A stretch of DNA of 64,000 nucleotides from Candidatus Krumholzibacteriia bacterium (lineage in GTDB: Bacteria; Krumholzibacteriota; Krumholzibacteriia; Krumholzibacteriales; Krumholzibacteriaceae), in assembly GCA_963836185.1 (NCBI GenBank), contig CAWIIQ010000001.1:2080001-2144000 (forward strand), read 5' to 3'. The translations under genes were made by a program, and so were the position numbers. The notes beneath the pieces are model-generated. The model had not been told where the DNA came from, ran no database searches, and saw only the letters and a list, made by a program, of their open reading frames with translations. This document shows, one piece after another, positions 31,028 to 42,099 of the stretch (within the stretch, counting starts at the first letter, position 1; the number at the start of each line of letters is the position of its first letter).

Positions 31028-31225
31028 ATGAGCAGAGTCTGCGCGATATGCGGAAAAAAGCCGATGACGGGACACAACGTCAGCCACGCCCATAATCTTA
31101 CAAACCGCCGCTGGCTGCCGAATCTTCAGAAGATCCGTGTCGAGATAGACGGCAAAACGAAAAAGACCTACGTCTGCACGCAGTGCATCAAGGGCGGAGC
31201 GGCCAAGAAGGTAACTAAAAGCTAG
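31028..31225 (+). CDS. rpmB: 50S ribosomal protein L28 (Zn-binding type)
   Basis: [31 protein letters not shown]; GGAGGAG RBS. Confidence 0.97.
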   Translation: MSRVCAICGKKPMTGHNVSHAHNLTNRRWLPNLQKIRVEIDGKTKKTYVCTQCIKGGAAKKVTKS

Positions 31226-31269
31226 TGCCCTGCCCCCTTTCGACGCCGGTCTCTTTTCAATCGATATCA

Positions 31270-31300
31270 ACTGGCCGGGAAACCCTGTTTCCCGGCCAGT
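31270..31300. terminator. Perfect 14-bp inverted repeat between convergent genes, possible bidirectional terminator
   Basis: ACTGGCCGGGAAAC-CCT-GTTTCCCGGCCAGT; no clear U-tract. Confidence 0.6.
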
Positions 31301-31336
31301 CATCGTATTGATCTGCAGTGCGGTCACAACCGCTTC

Positions 31337-31894
31337 CTATCCGCCGATATTCCACGAGACCCCGAAGTTGAAGCTCCAGTAGTACTGTGTCTCATCAGCA
31401 TAGACGGCATGGTACTCAGGCTCGATGAAGAGCATTCCCATACCCTCGTAACCAGTGAGGAAAGCGATCCCGGCTCCCAGGGAAGCGCCCCCTGCGCTCT
31501 TCTGGCCGAGCTCCCCCTTGAAATCTCCACCGTAGCTGTATGACCCGCCCCGCAGGACCGCATACGGGCGGTATCTCGATTCCTTCAGAAACATATATGT
31601 GATACCGATATCTATCGGCATGAGATTTCCGTTGATGCTGACCGCATCGGTGATCTCCTTCTCGCCGAAGTTGTGATAGGCGAACCTGCCGCTCATGAGC
31701 AGACCGTCCGTTATCCAGTAGCCTATCCCGAACCCTACCCCTAAACCTGCTTCCGCGATCTCTGTCAGGTCACCTGTCGGAACATTGACGCTCAGTGGTA
31801 TCGAGAGCCAGTAGGTCCCCTTCTGTGCGGATACTCCGGAGGAAGATGCCGCAAGTACTGTCAACGCGATGACCAGAATCGCTGCTTTCCTCAT
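31337..31894 (-). CDS. Outer-membrane beta-barrel protein (OmpA/OmpW-like)
   Basis: Signal peptide, about 8 amphipathic strands, 'RPY...G', C-terminal FNFGVSW. Confidence 0.75.
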   Translation of the reverse strand: MRKAAILVIALTVLAASSSGVSAQKGTYWLSIPLSVNVPTGDLTEIAEAGLGVGFGIGYWITDGLLMSGRFAYHNFGEKEITDAVSINGNLMPIDIGITYMFLKESRYRPYAVLRGGSYSYGGDFKGELGQKSAGGASLGAGIAFLTGYEGMGMLFIEPEYHAVYADETQYYWSFNFGVSWNIGG

Positions 31895-31942
31895 CTCTAC
31901 TCCTTCCATGCATAGGTGGGATCTCTGTTAACTTGCGAGGAT

Positions 31943-31971
31943 ATTATAAACATCGGCGGCGTATCACTCAA
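31943..31971 (-). promoter_or_regulatory. sigma70-type promoter of the OMP gene
   Basis: TTGAGT-N17-TATAAT on the minus strand. Confidence 0.7.
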
Positions 31972-31981
31972 CAGCTTTAAT

Positions 31982-33493
31982 CTATCTATCGATAGCGGCC
32001 CTGTACCGCTTGAGCATGGCATCTCTGCCGCCCCCCTCGAAGACTTCCTCCCAGGGGAGACTCTCCGCCATGCCTCTCTCGTTGTGGATAAAACCGGGAT
32101 CGACCCCCTCGTCCTTCAGCGCCCTCTTCCAGGAGGTCCTTCCCGCGGCGAATCTCACCGCCGCCCTTCCCACCTCTTCGCCTCCCAGAGCGATCCTTGC
32201 CTGGTTCATCGAGGACCTCTGCCCCTTGATGGAGATCGCGGTCCCTGCCCTCTCGCAGGCAGCTTTCATTGAACCTGTCGAGAGATCGAGCTCCCGGCGA
32301 CCCGGCATCGCCATGAACTGAAGCGGGGTCCGTGGTTTGGGGACAAGGACATTGAGATTGACCGATACACGGGCCCCTTTCGCCGCTTCGCCGAAAGCCG
32401 TGAGGAATCCTTCAGTTTCGCTAAAAGTCCTGTTGTCTTCTCCCGGCAGGCCGGCGAGCATGTAGAGGGTAAACCTCGAAACGCCCGAGCGTCTCAGGAG
32501 CCTGGCAGCGCCCAGATAGGCCTCGTCGGGAACATTCTTGCCGAGTCTGAGCCGCATCCCCTCGCTCCCCGATTCAGGCGCCAGGCTGACACTCCTGATA
32601 CCTGCCCTTCCGATCGCTTCGGCCCTTTCACAATCGATGTCGGCGGCTCTGAGCGAACTGAGCCCGATGCCGCCTCCTCTTCTGCCAGCAGCCTCCATCA
32701 TCCCGATGAAATCGGGGTGCGCCGCGGCGGCGGTGCTGATCAGGCCGGTCCTGACCGAAGGGCCGGCAGCCGTATCGAGGATCGATTCGAACCTCTCGAG
32801 CGGCATCGTCCTGAAAGGCCTGTAGACCGATGTCGCCATGCAGAATGCGCATGCGCCGGGGCATCCCCTCGAGATCTCGACAAGGAGCATATCGGGAAAG
32901 ACCGTATCTGGAGTGAGGATGACGGAATGCTGGAAGAGTTCAGGAGAGACGGGGGCCGCCGGCCTGGTCTTCTCCCTGAAACCGGGCAGGATCACTCCCT
33001 CGACCGCTGATAGCCCCGCAACCAGCGAACTCCTGTCCCTTCCTTCTGCAGCGACCGCTTCGGCGACCAGGGGCAGGACATCCTCTCCTTCTCCGGCGAC
33101 GAGGATGTCTGCCAGCGGGAAGAAGGGGATGGGATTCGAAGAGATGACGGGGCCACCTGCTATCACGAGCGGCCCATCTTTTCTCTTCTCCCGCAGGGGC
33201 TCGATTCCCGATGAGACGAGCATCTTGACGAGATTGAGAAGGTCCTCCTCGTAAGAGACGGTGAAGAATATGGCATCGGGCCTTTTGTTTCCGGGACTCT
33301 CGCCGTAAAAATATCTTTCGACCCTGAACCTGCCGCACGAGGATAGAGATGAATATATGAAGTGGAATCCGAGATTCGACATCCCGGTGCTGTAGTTGTT
33401 CGGATATGCCGCTATCGCCAGAGGCGCGCCTGCCCCGGGCCGCGGATAGTTCTTCAGGGATCTTTCACCGGTCTGTTTCCGGGCAGTGGTCAT
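31982..33493 (-). CDS. B12-binding-type radical SAM protein
   Basis: 'YPNNYSTGMSNLGF', 'AGGP...NP.P', EISRGCPGACAFC (CxxxCxxC), SLAPESGSE, VPKPRTP. Confidence 0.88.
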   Translation of the reverse strand: MTTARKQTGERSLKNYPRPGAGAPLAIAAYPNNYSTGMSNLGFHFIYSSLSSCGRFRVERYFYGESPGNKRPDAIFFTVSYEEDLLNLVKMLVSSGIEPLREKRKDGPLVIAGGPVISSNPIPFFPLADILVAGEGEDVLPLVAEAVAAEGRDRSSLVAGLSAVEGVILPGFREKTRPAAPVSPELFQHSVILTPDTVFPDMLLVEISRGCPGACAFCMATSVYRPFRTMPLERFESILDTAAGPSVRTGLISTAAAAHPDFIGMMEAAGRRGGGIGLSSLRAADIDCERAEAIGRAGIRSVSLAPESGSEGMRLRLGKNVPDEAYLGAARLLRRSGVSRFTLYMLAGLPGEDNRTFSETEGFLTAFGEAAKGARVSVNLNVLVPKPRTPLQFMAMPGRRELDLSTGSMKAACERAGTAISIKGQRSSMNQARIALGGEEVGRAAVRFAAGRTSWKRALKDEGVDPGFIHNERGMAESLPWEEVFEGGGRDAMLKRYRAAIDR

Positions 33494-35127
33494 GATTCAA
33501 GGTCCAGCGGACCGCGTCCGACGAGGTTTCTGGCAAGGACGTTCTCAGGTTCGATTTCGAGTATCTTTTCGAGCAGCTTTCCCGCCTCCTCTTCCTGGCC
33601 CTTCTTTCGCAGGGTCATGGCGAGCGAGATCACCGCCTCGCTGTATTCGGAGTTGACCTTAAGGCTCCTGCGGTAGAACTCCTCGGCGTCATCAAGGTCG
33701 CCGCGGAAGTACTTGATATCTCCCATGATCTTGTATATGTCCGCGAAATCCTCGCCGTTCCTGCCCAGCACCTCTTCCGCTCCCCCGTAGTCCTCCCTGC
33801 GCACCAGCAGTACGGCGAGCTGTTCACGGGCCCTCAGAAATGACGGGTTGATCTCCAGCGACCGCCGGAAGAGTTCTTCAGCCTCTTTGAAGCGGCCCAT
33901 CCTCATGTAGACCTCGCCGAGGAAATAAAGGACATCGGCGCTCTCCCCTCCAGCATCGAGGACTTCCTTCAGCACGACCATCGCCTCTTCGAGGTTACCC
34001 TCCTTGAGATGCACGAGCGCGAGGTTGACATTGGCTGCGCCGGGCTTTTCCATCTCGGGGATCCCTCCGGAGAGATATTCTACAGCGTCTTTCTTTTCTC
34101 CGAGCGCGTAGAGCAGGAGACCGTAGTAGTAACGGGCCTTCGGGTATCCGGGAGAAAGTTCGAGGGCCCTGTCGAGGACCTCGCGCGCTTTCTTCAGCTC
34201 ACCGAGATAGAAATACGTGGAGCCGAGATAGCACTGGAGATCGGCATATCCCGGCTTCTCACCGGCGGCCCGCTCGAAGTGGGGCAATGCTTCACTGTAG
34301 AGTTTCTCGTCAAGGTACGAGACTCCCAGGTAGAAGCGGGCCTCCGTATATTTCTCGTTTATCCTCAGCGCCTCGAGGAGCTGCGCTCTTGCCTGTTCGT
34401 GGTCGCCGTGCCTGAGCATCGAGAGACCGAGTTTGAAACGGACATCGGCATATTCCGGATGGAGCCCGGCCGCCTCGTTGAACAGTTCGGAGGACCTGTC
34501 ATAATGGCCGGTGTTGTACGACTCTACTCCCTCCCGCATCAGGGAATCGAAATCAGTATCGGTATACATGATCTCCCTGAGTCTGGCCAGCGGGGGGATC
34601 TCGGTCGCCCTTCCGGCGATATGGTCGCTGAGGAACTTGCTGATCGGGCCGGGATTGTCGGCTCCCAGCTCGAGCGCCCGCTTGAAGACACTGTCGGCGT
34701 CTTCCTTCCTTCCCTTCTCATACAGCACTATCCCGAGAAAACAGACAGCTTCAAAATATGATTCGTTCAGGCCGATCGCCCTGCCGAGCATCTCGAGTGA
34801 CTCGTCAAGCTCTCCACGCTCGTGGTGGATCACGCCCATACGATAATAGAGGTCGGGATAAGTGGGATTCTCTTTGACTGCGATCGAGAAATGCCTGAAG
34901 GCGGCATCGAGATCACCCTCATGGAAGCGCGCCGTTCCGAGGTGTACATGAGACTCGGCGGCATAGAACATCCCGAGGGCATAAGTCGGATCACCGGGTC
35001 CGAGGGCCATGGTAGCCTTCTCGAGCGCCTCGACTGCCTCCTCGTACCTGCCCTCGTTGAAGTGCCTGATGCCGAGCTCATACTCGGGGTTCTTCTCCAC
35101 TCCGAATATTCTTCCCCAGAACGACAA
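33490..35127 (-). CDS. Tetratricopeptide repeat protein
   Basis: More than 12 TPRs with recurring 'P.Y(A/P)D...LG' motifs. Confidence 0.9.
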   Translation of the reverse strand: MSFWGRIFGVEKNPEYELGIRHFNEGRYEEAVEALEKATMALGPGDPTYALGMFYAAESHVHLGTARFHEGDLDAAFRHFSIAVKENPTYPDLYYRMGVIHHERGELDESLEMLGRAIGLNESYFEAVCFLGIVLYEKGRKEDADSVFKRALELGADNPGPISKFLSDHIAGRATEIPPLARLREIMYTDTDFDSLMREGVESYNTGHYDRSSELFNEAAGLHPEYADVRFKLGLSMLRHGDHEQARAQLLEALRINEKYTEARFYLGVSYLDEKLYSEALPHFERAAGEKPGYADLQCYLGSTYFYLGELKKAREVLDRALELSPGYPKARYYYGLLLYALGEKKDAVEYLSGGIPEMEKPGAANVNLALVHLKEGNLEEAMVVLKEVLDAGGESADVLYFLGEVYMRMGRFKEAEELFRRSLEINPSFLRAREQLAVLLVRREDYGGAEEVLGRNGEDFADIYKIMGDIKYFRGDLDDAEEFYRRSLKVNSEYSEAVISLAMTLRKKGQEEEAGKLLEKILEIEPENVLARNLVGRGPLDLES

Positions 35128-35150
35128 ATCGCCCTCCTGCTTTAAACCTC

Positions 35151-36374
35151 TCAGTCGAGCTGCTTGCGAAGGAACGTCGGGATGTCGAGATTCAGCTCGT
35201 GCGCCACAGTAGTGATACCGGCCGTCACGAAGTCGGCCTCGGTTCTCTCGACGACCTCGGGCACTGTCTCACTGGCCGCGAACATGGCCGGTTCGACCGT
35301 GACCGGTTCCATCACCGGGGCAGCTGTCATCGGCTCAGCCACCGGCTGTGCGACAGGATTCGCCACCGGTTCAGGTTCGCGCCGCCTGACCTCGAAATCA
35401 GGATAGATCTCGCGCTCGGTATGCTGGAATCCGGTCGCGATGACAGTGACGTGCATCGAATCGGTATCCTCGGTACTTACCACTGCTCCGAAGATCACGT
35501 TCGCGTCATCACCGGCCTCTTCGCTGATTATCGCGGTGGCCTGAGAGACCTCGTGGAGCGACATCTTCTCGTCGCCCGTGATATTGACCAACACGCCCTT
35601 GGCCCCGCGTATCGAGATATCGTCGAGAAGAGGACTGCTCAGCGCCATGCGAGCCGCCTCTACCGCCCTGTTCTCGCCCTCGGCAACGCCGGTACCCATG
35701 AGCGCGTCGCCCATCCCGCTCATGATAGAACGGACATCGGCGAAGTCAAGGTTAATGAGCCCGGGGATCATTATCAGGTCTGAGATACCCTTCGTCGCGT
35801 GATGAAGGATCCCGTCGGCCTCCTCGAAAGCCTCGGATAGCGGGGTATCCGCTCCGACGATCGAAAGGAGTCGGTCGTTCTGGATCACGATCAGGGTGTC
35901 TACTTCCCTCTTGAGCTCCTCGAGACCGGCGAGCGCCTGGTTCTCCCTGCGCTTTCCCTCGAATGTGAAGGGCCTAGAGATGATACCCACGGTCAGCGCG
36001 CCGAGCTCGCGGGCCACGCGGGCCACGGTCGGGCTGGCACCCGTACCCGTACCGCCGCCCATGCCGGCAGTAACGAATACCATATCGGAGCCGTCGATCG
36101 TCTCGCGGATCAGATCGATATCCTCTTCGATCGCCTTTCTTCCGACATCCGGATTCCCTCCGGAGCCGAGTCCCTTTGTAAGTCTTCCGCCGATCTGGAT
36201 CTTCTTGTGTGCCTGTGACAGCTCGAGCACCTGTGCGTCGGTGTTCACGGCGATAAACTCAACGCCCTGCAGCCCGGCTGCGATCATACGGTTTACGGCA
36301 TTTCCTCCGGCGCCGCCTACACCGATGACCTTCAGAGCGGCCAGCTCGCCGAAGTCATCGAATTCAAACCTCAT
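35151..36374 (-). CDS. ftsZ: Cell division protein FtsZ
   Basis: [17 protein letters not shown] tubulin motif, NLDFADV, C-terminal LDIPTFLRK. Confidence 0.99.
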   Translation of the reverse strand: MRFEFDDFGELAALKVIGVGGAGGNAVNRMIAAGLQGVEFIAVNTDAQVLELSQAHKKIQIGGRLTKGLGSGGNPDVGRKAIEEDIDLIRETIDGSDMVFVTAGMGGGTGTGASPTVARVARELGALTVGIISRPFTFEGKRRENQALAGLEELKREVDTLIVIQNDRLLSIVGADTPLSEAFEEADGILHHATKGISDLIMIPGLINLDFADVRSIMSGMGDALMGTGVAEGENRAVEAARMALSSPLLDDISIRGAKGVLVNITGDEKMSLHEVSQATAIISEEAGDDANVIFGAVVSTEDTDSMHVTVIATGFQHTEREIYPDFEVRRREPEPVANPVAQPVAEPMTAAPVMEPVTVEPAMFAASETVPEVVERTEADFVTAGITTVAHELNLDIPTFLRKQLD

Positions 36375-36393
36375 GTCCTGCCCCCTTTTCAGA

Positions 36394-37617
36394 TTAGAAC
36401 ATACCTGCGAGTCTTTTGAGATTCCCTAACATCTTCCCGAAGCGCCCACGGCCGCGGATAAGCTCTTCCTCACGCTCCAGCCTGTCCTTCTCGAATAGAA
36501 GCAGGCCGACCGCGGCGCTCCAGCTCTCGTTTGACACGATCTCGGAGAGACCGCCCAGCCCGTCGGGACGCCCTGTTCTCACAGGCCGCTCGAAGACCTG
36601 CTCGGCTACTCCCTCGAGACCATCTATCTTCGATCCGCCTCCGGTCAGAACGACCGTGCTGCCGGCCGCCTGGAAATGCGGATCGTTCGAAACCGCCGAT
36701 TTGATCATGCTGAAGATCTCCTCGCATCTCGGCTCCATGATCGCGGCGATTATCTGTCTTCTTATCTCCCCTTCACCCTCTCCCGCTCCCGGCACAGTCA
36801 CGACCTCGTCATCGGAGGCCAGTGATGCCAGTGCTAGTCCCCAGCGAAGCTTTACCTCCTCGGCCGTGCCTTTCGGTATCCTCAACCCGACGGCCAGATC
36901 GTTTGTGACATTTTCTCCTCCTGCTCCGAGCACCCCGCTGCTGCGGATACTTCCATTGCCGTAAAGAGCGAAGGAGCTCACGCAGGCCCCCATATCTATC
37001 AGCAGGCATCCCGCTTCGATCTCATCATCGAGAAGTACGGCATGCGCTCCGGCGACAGGATTGAATATGACGTTTACTACCTCGAATCCGGCCTTCTCTA
37101 TGACCTTCACGGCGTTCTCGACATGCACGGCCTGCACGGAGACGAGATGCACCTCTGTGCCCAGCCTCGATGCCGTCATCCCGACCGGATCGCTGATCCC
37201 CCTGTGCGCGTCCACGACATAGTCCTGCGGAATCGAATGCAGGATCTCCATCTCGGATGGCAGCGTGATATTGCAGGCGATCCTGTTCACATGCTCGACA
37301 TCGGCGGTCGTTATCTCCCTGCGGTCTCTGGGAACGGGGATCAGCCCTCTGCTGTTGAAACTTCTTATATGGGGACCCGTCACGCCGACGCACATGCAGT
37401 CGATCTCTACTCCCGCCATGCGGGCTGCGTGATCGGCCGTTTCCCGCACGCACCCGGCAGCTGCCTCCATATCGACGACGGCGCCTTTCCTGATACCGGC
37501 AGAGGGTCTCGACGACGCGCCGATGATCCTGAAAGTGCCCTCGGGCACAGTCTCACCGACAAGTACGGACGTTCTCTCCGATCCAAGATCGATGCTTACT
37601 ATGAATTCCGGTAACAT
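36394..37617 (-). CDS. ftsA: Cell division protein FtsA
   Basis: [27 protein letters not shown] motifs; C-terminal amphipathic helix. Confidence 0.95.
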   Translation of the reverse strand: MLPEFIVSIDLGSERTSVLVGETVPEGTFRIIGASSRPSAGIRKGAVVDMEAAAGCVRETADHAARMAGVEIDCMCVGVTGPHIRSFNSRGLIPVPRDRREITTADVEHVNRIACNITLPSEMEILHSIPQDYVVDAHRGISDPVGMTASRLGTEVHLVSVQAVHVENAVKVIEKAGFEVVNVIFNPVAGAHAVLLDDEIEAGCLLIDMGACVSSFALYGNGSIRSSGVLGAGGENVTNDLAVGLRIPKGTAEEVKLRWGLALASLASDDEVVTVPGAGEGEGEIRRQIIAAIMEPRCEEIFSMIKSAVSNDPHFQAAGSTVVLTGGGSKIDGLEGVAEQVFERPVRTGRPDGLGGLSEIVSNESWSAAVGLLLFEKDRLEREEELIRGRGRFGKMLGNLKRLAGMF

Positions 37618-37648
37618 GCCGGACGATTCACCTCCCGCGCGGCGGGGA

Positions 37649-38417
37649 TCACCGCACAATGACCTGTCTGTCAAACCTAAGATCTATCAAGATCAGGCAG
37701 CCCGCCCTGCTCGCGCAGTGACGGAATAGACCGCCCTGAATTTCCTTATTCTCTCCTCGAACCCGTCTCTTCCGACCTTCACCAGCGTCCCTGAGTCCAT
37801 CCATACGAGGACCACATCTTCGCCATCGACATTGATCTCCGAAAGCTGCTCGGCAGGCGAGAATCCGAACTCCTTGAGAAGACCGAGTACCTCGAGCGCC
37901 TTGCCGACCTGCTTCTTTCCCGAATCCTTTTCCATATCATTCGCGGCCAGCCCCGTGATGACGGGAAGGTCGATTTCCATCGACCGGCCGTTCGAGGGGA
38001 TGACGACGCCTTCTGAATCTACCTCGGCGATATCGTCGAGGATGATCAGGGCTACCGGCTCCCTCTCGTGCAGATAGCAATCAAGCCGTGGGGAAGCCGC
38101 CGCCTGAAGGTGACCGAGCCTACCGAACGATCGCTCGTGAGCAACTCCCTTATATCGGACAACGGAACGGTGAAGATGTTCGCGCCTTCCCAGACCGCTG
38201 TCTTTTCTCTCAACGACTCTACAGGCTGGTTCCTGCTGCCGTGGACGCGGATCTCAAGAAGCTCGAAGATTCCCGTCAGAAATACGGCGTATACGAGCGC
38301 GGCGAGAGCAAGGGCCGCTCCTGCCGGCATCAGCCAGACACGGCGGCTTACACGCTTCTTCTCCCTGAAGCGCCGGGCCATCGGCGGCGGGACCCTTCTG
38401 CTATTTCTCGTTTTCAT
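37649..38417 (-). CDS. ftsQ: Cell division protein FtsQ/DivIB, at least two frameshifts
   Basis: TM + POTRA in 38052..38417; LPVITG in 37693..37980; terminal IDLRFDRQVIVR* read in a third frame. Confidence 0.82.
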
Positions 38418-39806
38418 CGGCCCTTTCTGATCCTTTCGAGCAGTTCGTCGCCAGTCTTCCAGATATCTCCAGCTCCAAGAGTGAGCACGATGTCCCCATC
38501 CTCGACCGTGGACTCAAGAGCGTCTAGCAGATCGGCACGGTCCGATATATAGACCGCCTTCCTTGCCCCTCCCCGAAGAATGGCTCTATAGATCAGATCA
38601 CCTGTGATCCCCGGTATCGGCGTCTCCCCGGCGCTGTAGATATCCGTCATGAAGACGATGTCGGCGTCGAGAAAACACCTGTCGAAACTCTCGTGCAGGT
38701 CTCTCGTCCTGGTAAACCTGTGCGGCTGGAAGACAGCGACGACACGCCGGTCGAAACTCCTGCTCGCAGTCTCTACCGCCGCTTTTATCTCTGTGGGATG
38801 GTGAGCGTATTCGTCGATGACCAGTACTCCGCTTTCTTCACCTCTGCGCTCGAACCTGCGGCCGACGCCCTCGAAGTTCTCGAGGGCCCGCCTGACGGCT
38901 TCGATCTCGATATCGAGCTCGAGAGCGAGCGCACAGACGGCGATGGCGTTCGAGACATTGTGCCGTGCCCGGCAGCGCGAGTCTTATCGTCCCATGATCT
39001 TCGCCGCCCGCGAAAAGTCTGAATACCGACCCGGTGCCATCCTCTTTCTCGATTTCTCCCCTCACATCGGCGCCCGGGTCGAAACCGTATCTGATTATCT
39101 TCCTGTCGATCGAAGGCATGATCGCCCTTACATTCGCGTCATCGACGCAGCAGATCACGACTCCGTGGAAAGGCACTCTTGAGGCGAAAGTCACGAATGC
39201 CTCATGTATCTTCTCGAGCCCCCCGTAAAAATCGAGGTGCTCCGCGTCGATATTCGTTATGATGGCGATCGACGGGGACAGCCTCACGAAGTTGCCGTCA
39301 CTCTCGTCTACCTCAGCGACGAGGTACTGTCCGCGCCCGAGCAGAGCGTTCGCGTCGAGGCTCTTGACCTTCCCTCCGACGACGACCGTCGGATCGAGAC
39401 CCGCTTCCTGAAGGACCACCGCGGCGAGCGAGGTCGTCGTAGTCTTGCCGTGCGCTCCAGCTATCGCTATCCCGGTCCTTATTCTCATCAGCTCGCCGAG
39501 CATGTCGGAGCGAGGTATCAGCGGGATCCCCGCGTCGACTGCCGCCCTGACCTCAGGATTGTCCTTGCCGATCGCCGAAGAGAGCACGACTATATCGGCC
39601 CCGCCGACGTTACCCGCGCTGTGCCCCTCCGATATCACGGCTCCCAGTGACGCGAGGTGATCCGTGATAGCTGACTTTTCCGCGTCGGAACCGCTTACAT
39701 CGAATCCGAGGTTGATCAGCACCTCGGCTATCCCGCTCATGCCGATCCCGCCGATCCCGACGAAATGAACGTGTCTCGCTTTACCAAGCATCTCGCTTCC
39801 TGTCAC
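38414..39806 (-). CDS. murC: UDP-N-acetylmuramate--L-alanine ligase, frameshift near 38965
   Basis: HFVGIGGIGMSGIA, GAHGKTTT, EVDESDG; downstream frame gives GVGRRFE, DEYAHHPTE, LTLGAGD. Confidence 0.95.
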
Positions 39807-40897
39807 CCTGCCTCACCTCCCGCCAGTCTTTCCATGTCATCAGCTATCACTGCCGCGGCGTGCTTTCCCTGGAACGGCCTGAGCGCGTCGCGCATCCGTC
39901 CGAGCAGGACGGGATCGTCGATTACCGGATCCAGCGCCGCGGACAGCGAATCCGCGTCCAGCGCCGAGTCTTCTATCATCAGGGCCCCTCCGGCGTCTAC
40001 GAGGACCGAGGCATTGTGTGCCTGGTGGTCGTCGGCGCAATGAGGGTACGGCACGAGCACGGACGGAAGCCCGGCCGCCGCCAGTTCGGAAACGCTGAGC
40101 GCCCCGGCCCTGGCCAGAGCGAAATCCGCGGCAGCGTATGCTCTGCCGATATCTTCTATATAGGGAGATACGTGGACCCTTCCCGACTCTCCGGCCAGCA
40201 GGCCCCGTATCTCTTCGTATCCGTTCCCGCCTGTCTGCACTATCGCCTGGATGTCGTCCCTCCTGAGCAGAAATTCAGCGGCCGCCCTGCTCAGAGTCAT
40301 CGCGCCCTGACTCCCCCCGAAGACGAGCAGGACTTTTCCGGCGGCGGACAGTCCGAAATCTTTTCTCGCCTCCGGGTCAGGACCGGTCCCGATCGCGGCC
40401 CGGAGCGGATTACCCGTTATCATCACGGGAGCGCCTTTTCTGAAATAACCCCGGGCCTTCTCGAATCCCAGGTAAAGTCTTTTCGCCATCGGCGCCAGCG
40501 TCCTGTTGGCCAGCCCAGGGATAGAGTTCTGTTCCTGCAGCACAACTGGCTTCCTCATCAGCCACGCCGCCGAAACGGCAGCGACACTCGCATATCCTCC
40601 CGAGCCGAAGACCAGGTCGGGCCTGAATCTCCGGATGATCCCTGTCGACTGCATGATCCCTGCCGTGAGCATAGCAGCGGTGAGGGCCTTGCCGGCGGCG
40701 CCTTTTCCGCGGGCTCCGCGCGAGGATATGAGCTCGATGCCGTACCCCGCTTCGGGAACGACCCTGGATTCGATCCCCCTGCTGGTTCCGACGAACAGCG
40801 CCTCGAACCCTTCACTCCTCGAAGAAAGCTCTTCGGCGACCGCAAGGGCAGGATATAGATGACCTCCTGTGCCTCCTCCGGCGAATACCACCCTCAT
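39803..40897 (-). CDS. murG: Lipid II N-acetylglucosaminyltransferase
   Basis: AGGGTGGHLYP, GGY, EQN..PG, GNPLR, GGSQGA, RAGA, HQ..NA motifs. Confidence 0.97.
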   Translation of the reverse strand: MRVVFAGGGTGGHLYPALAVAEELSSRSEGFEALFVGTSRGIESRVVPEAGYGIELISSRGARGKGAAGKALTAAMLTAGIMQSTGIIRRFRPDLVFGSGGYASVAAVSAAWLMRKPVVLQEQNSIPGLANRTLAPMAKRLYLGFEKARGYFRKGAPVMITGNPLRAAIGTGPDPEARKDFGLSAAGKVLLVFGGSQGAMTLSRAAAEFLLRRDDIQAIVQTGGNGYEEIRGLLAGESGRVHVSPYIEDIGRAYAAADFALARAGALSVSELAAAGLPSVLVPYPHCADDHQAHNASVLVDAGGALMIEDSALDADSLSAALDPVIDDPVLLGRMRDALRPFQGKHAAAVIADDMERLAGGEAG

Positions 40898-42099
40898 CAC
40901 CGTTTCCTTCCGCCGGCGGCGCAACGCGCCGTGGTCCGTCTGGCGTAGTCAGTCTTTCTCATGCTTCTCGTCCTGCCCTTGCCGGCAGGCGGCTCCGGGT
41001 CCCTTCCATATGTCGAGATATTGAGCAGTATCCCTGTCGCGGCCATCGAGGTGACAAGCGATGATCCCCCGTAACTGACGAACGGAAGCGGCAGTCCCGC
41101 TGTAGGCAGAAGCCCCGTCGTCATGGCCATGTTTATCACCGCGGTCGAGAATATCGTGAGCCCGATTCCGATGGCGAGGAACCTGCCGAACTCGTTCGGG
41201 GCTCTCTTCGCTATATGAAGCGCCCTCCTGAATATCAGGGTGAAGAGAAAGAGCACTATGGCCGTTCCCACGATGCCGAACTCCTCGCCGACGATCGAAT
41301 AGATGAAATCTGTATGCGCATCCGGAAGGAACATGTATTTCTGCTGCCCGTTTCCCGGGCCGCAGCCGAAGATAAAGCCCGATCCGAACGCTATAAGCGA
41401 CTGCTTGGTCTGCCAGCCTATACCGCTCACATCTTCGGAACGGTCAAAAAGGACCGTTACCCTCTGTCTGACATGTTCCATCCGGTAAAGGAGCGGTACA
41501 GCAGCGAGAACGATCGTACCCGCGAATGCCGCGAGATGACGTATGCGGACACCTCCGATAAAGAGGAGCGAGATGGTCAGCCCTGTTATCAGGACGGCAT
41601 TGCTTATGTTGGGCTGCAGCCCGACCATCACGGCCATGGCAAGAGCGGCGCCGATGAGCGGCAGGAACCCTTTCTCGAGATCGGAGAGTTTCTTGCGCCC
41701 CTCGGCAAGCCGAGCGGCGAGAAATATCACCAGTGAGAACTTGGCAAGTTCGACCGGCTGTATCGTGAACATGAATATCTTCAGCCACCTCTCGCAGCCC
41801 CGCACCGTCGTTCCCCATACGAACAGAGCCGCCAGGACCAGAAGCGCCCCGACGAGGATCCATACGTTGAACCTCCTGTATATCCCGAACGGGATCTTCA
41901 TGAAGACGTAGAGAAAGAAAAGCCCGAGGCCGACCCTTATCGCATGCCTCTGGAAGAAGAAGAATGGCGAGGAGAACTGCTCACCCGCTATGACCCTGCT
42001 CGCCGAGAAGACCATGACGAGACCCAGGGCGACGAGTGATATCACCGCGCAGAACAGTTTCAGGTCGTATGCCGGTTTTCTCTTCATCCCGATATTCAA
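40897..42099 (-). CDS. ftsW: Peptidoglycan glycosyltransferase FtsW
   Basis: QPVELAK, LPDAHTDFI, EEFG, LPFVSYGGSS motifs. Confidence 0.96.
   Translation of the reverse strand: MNIGMKRKPAYDLKLFCAVISLVALGLVMVFSASRVIAGEQFSSPFFFFQRHAIRVGLGLFFLYVFMKIPFGIYRRFNVWILVGALLVLAALFVWGTTVRGCERWLKIFMFTIQPVELAKFSLVIFLAARLAEGRKKLSDLEKGFLPLIGAALAMAVMVGLQPNISNAVLITGLTISLLFIGGVRIRHLAAFAGTIVLAAVPLLYRMEHVRQRVTVLFDRSEDVSGIGWQTKQSLIAFGSGFIFGCGPGNGQQKYMFLPDAHTDFIYSIVGEEFGIVGTAIVLFLFTLIFRRALHIAKRAPNEFGRFLAIGIGLTIFSTAVINMAMTTGLLPTAGLPLPFVSYGGSSLVTSMAATGILLNISTYGRDPEPPAGKGRTRSMRKTDYARRTTARCAAGGRKR

Noticed and set aside
31270-31300. Perfect palindrome as a possible REP/MITE or CRISPR repeat
   Set aside because: No second copy noticed in the window; its position between convergent genes fits a terminator
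35280-35380. Periodic Pro-Val-Ala repeats in ftsZ
   Set aside because: Ordinary low-complexity FtsZ linker
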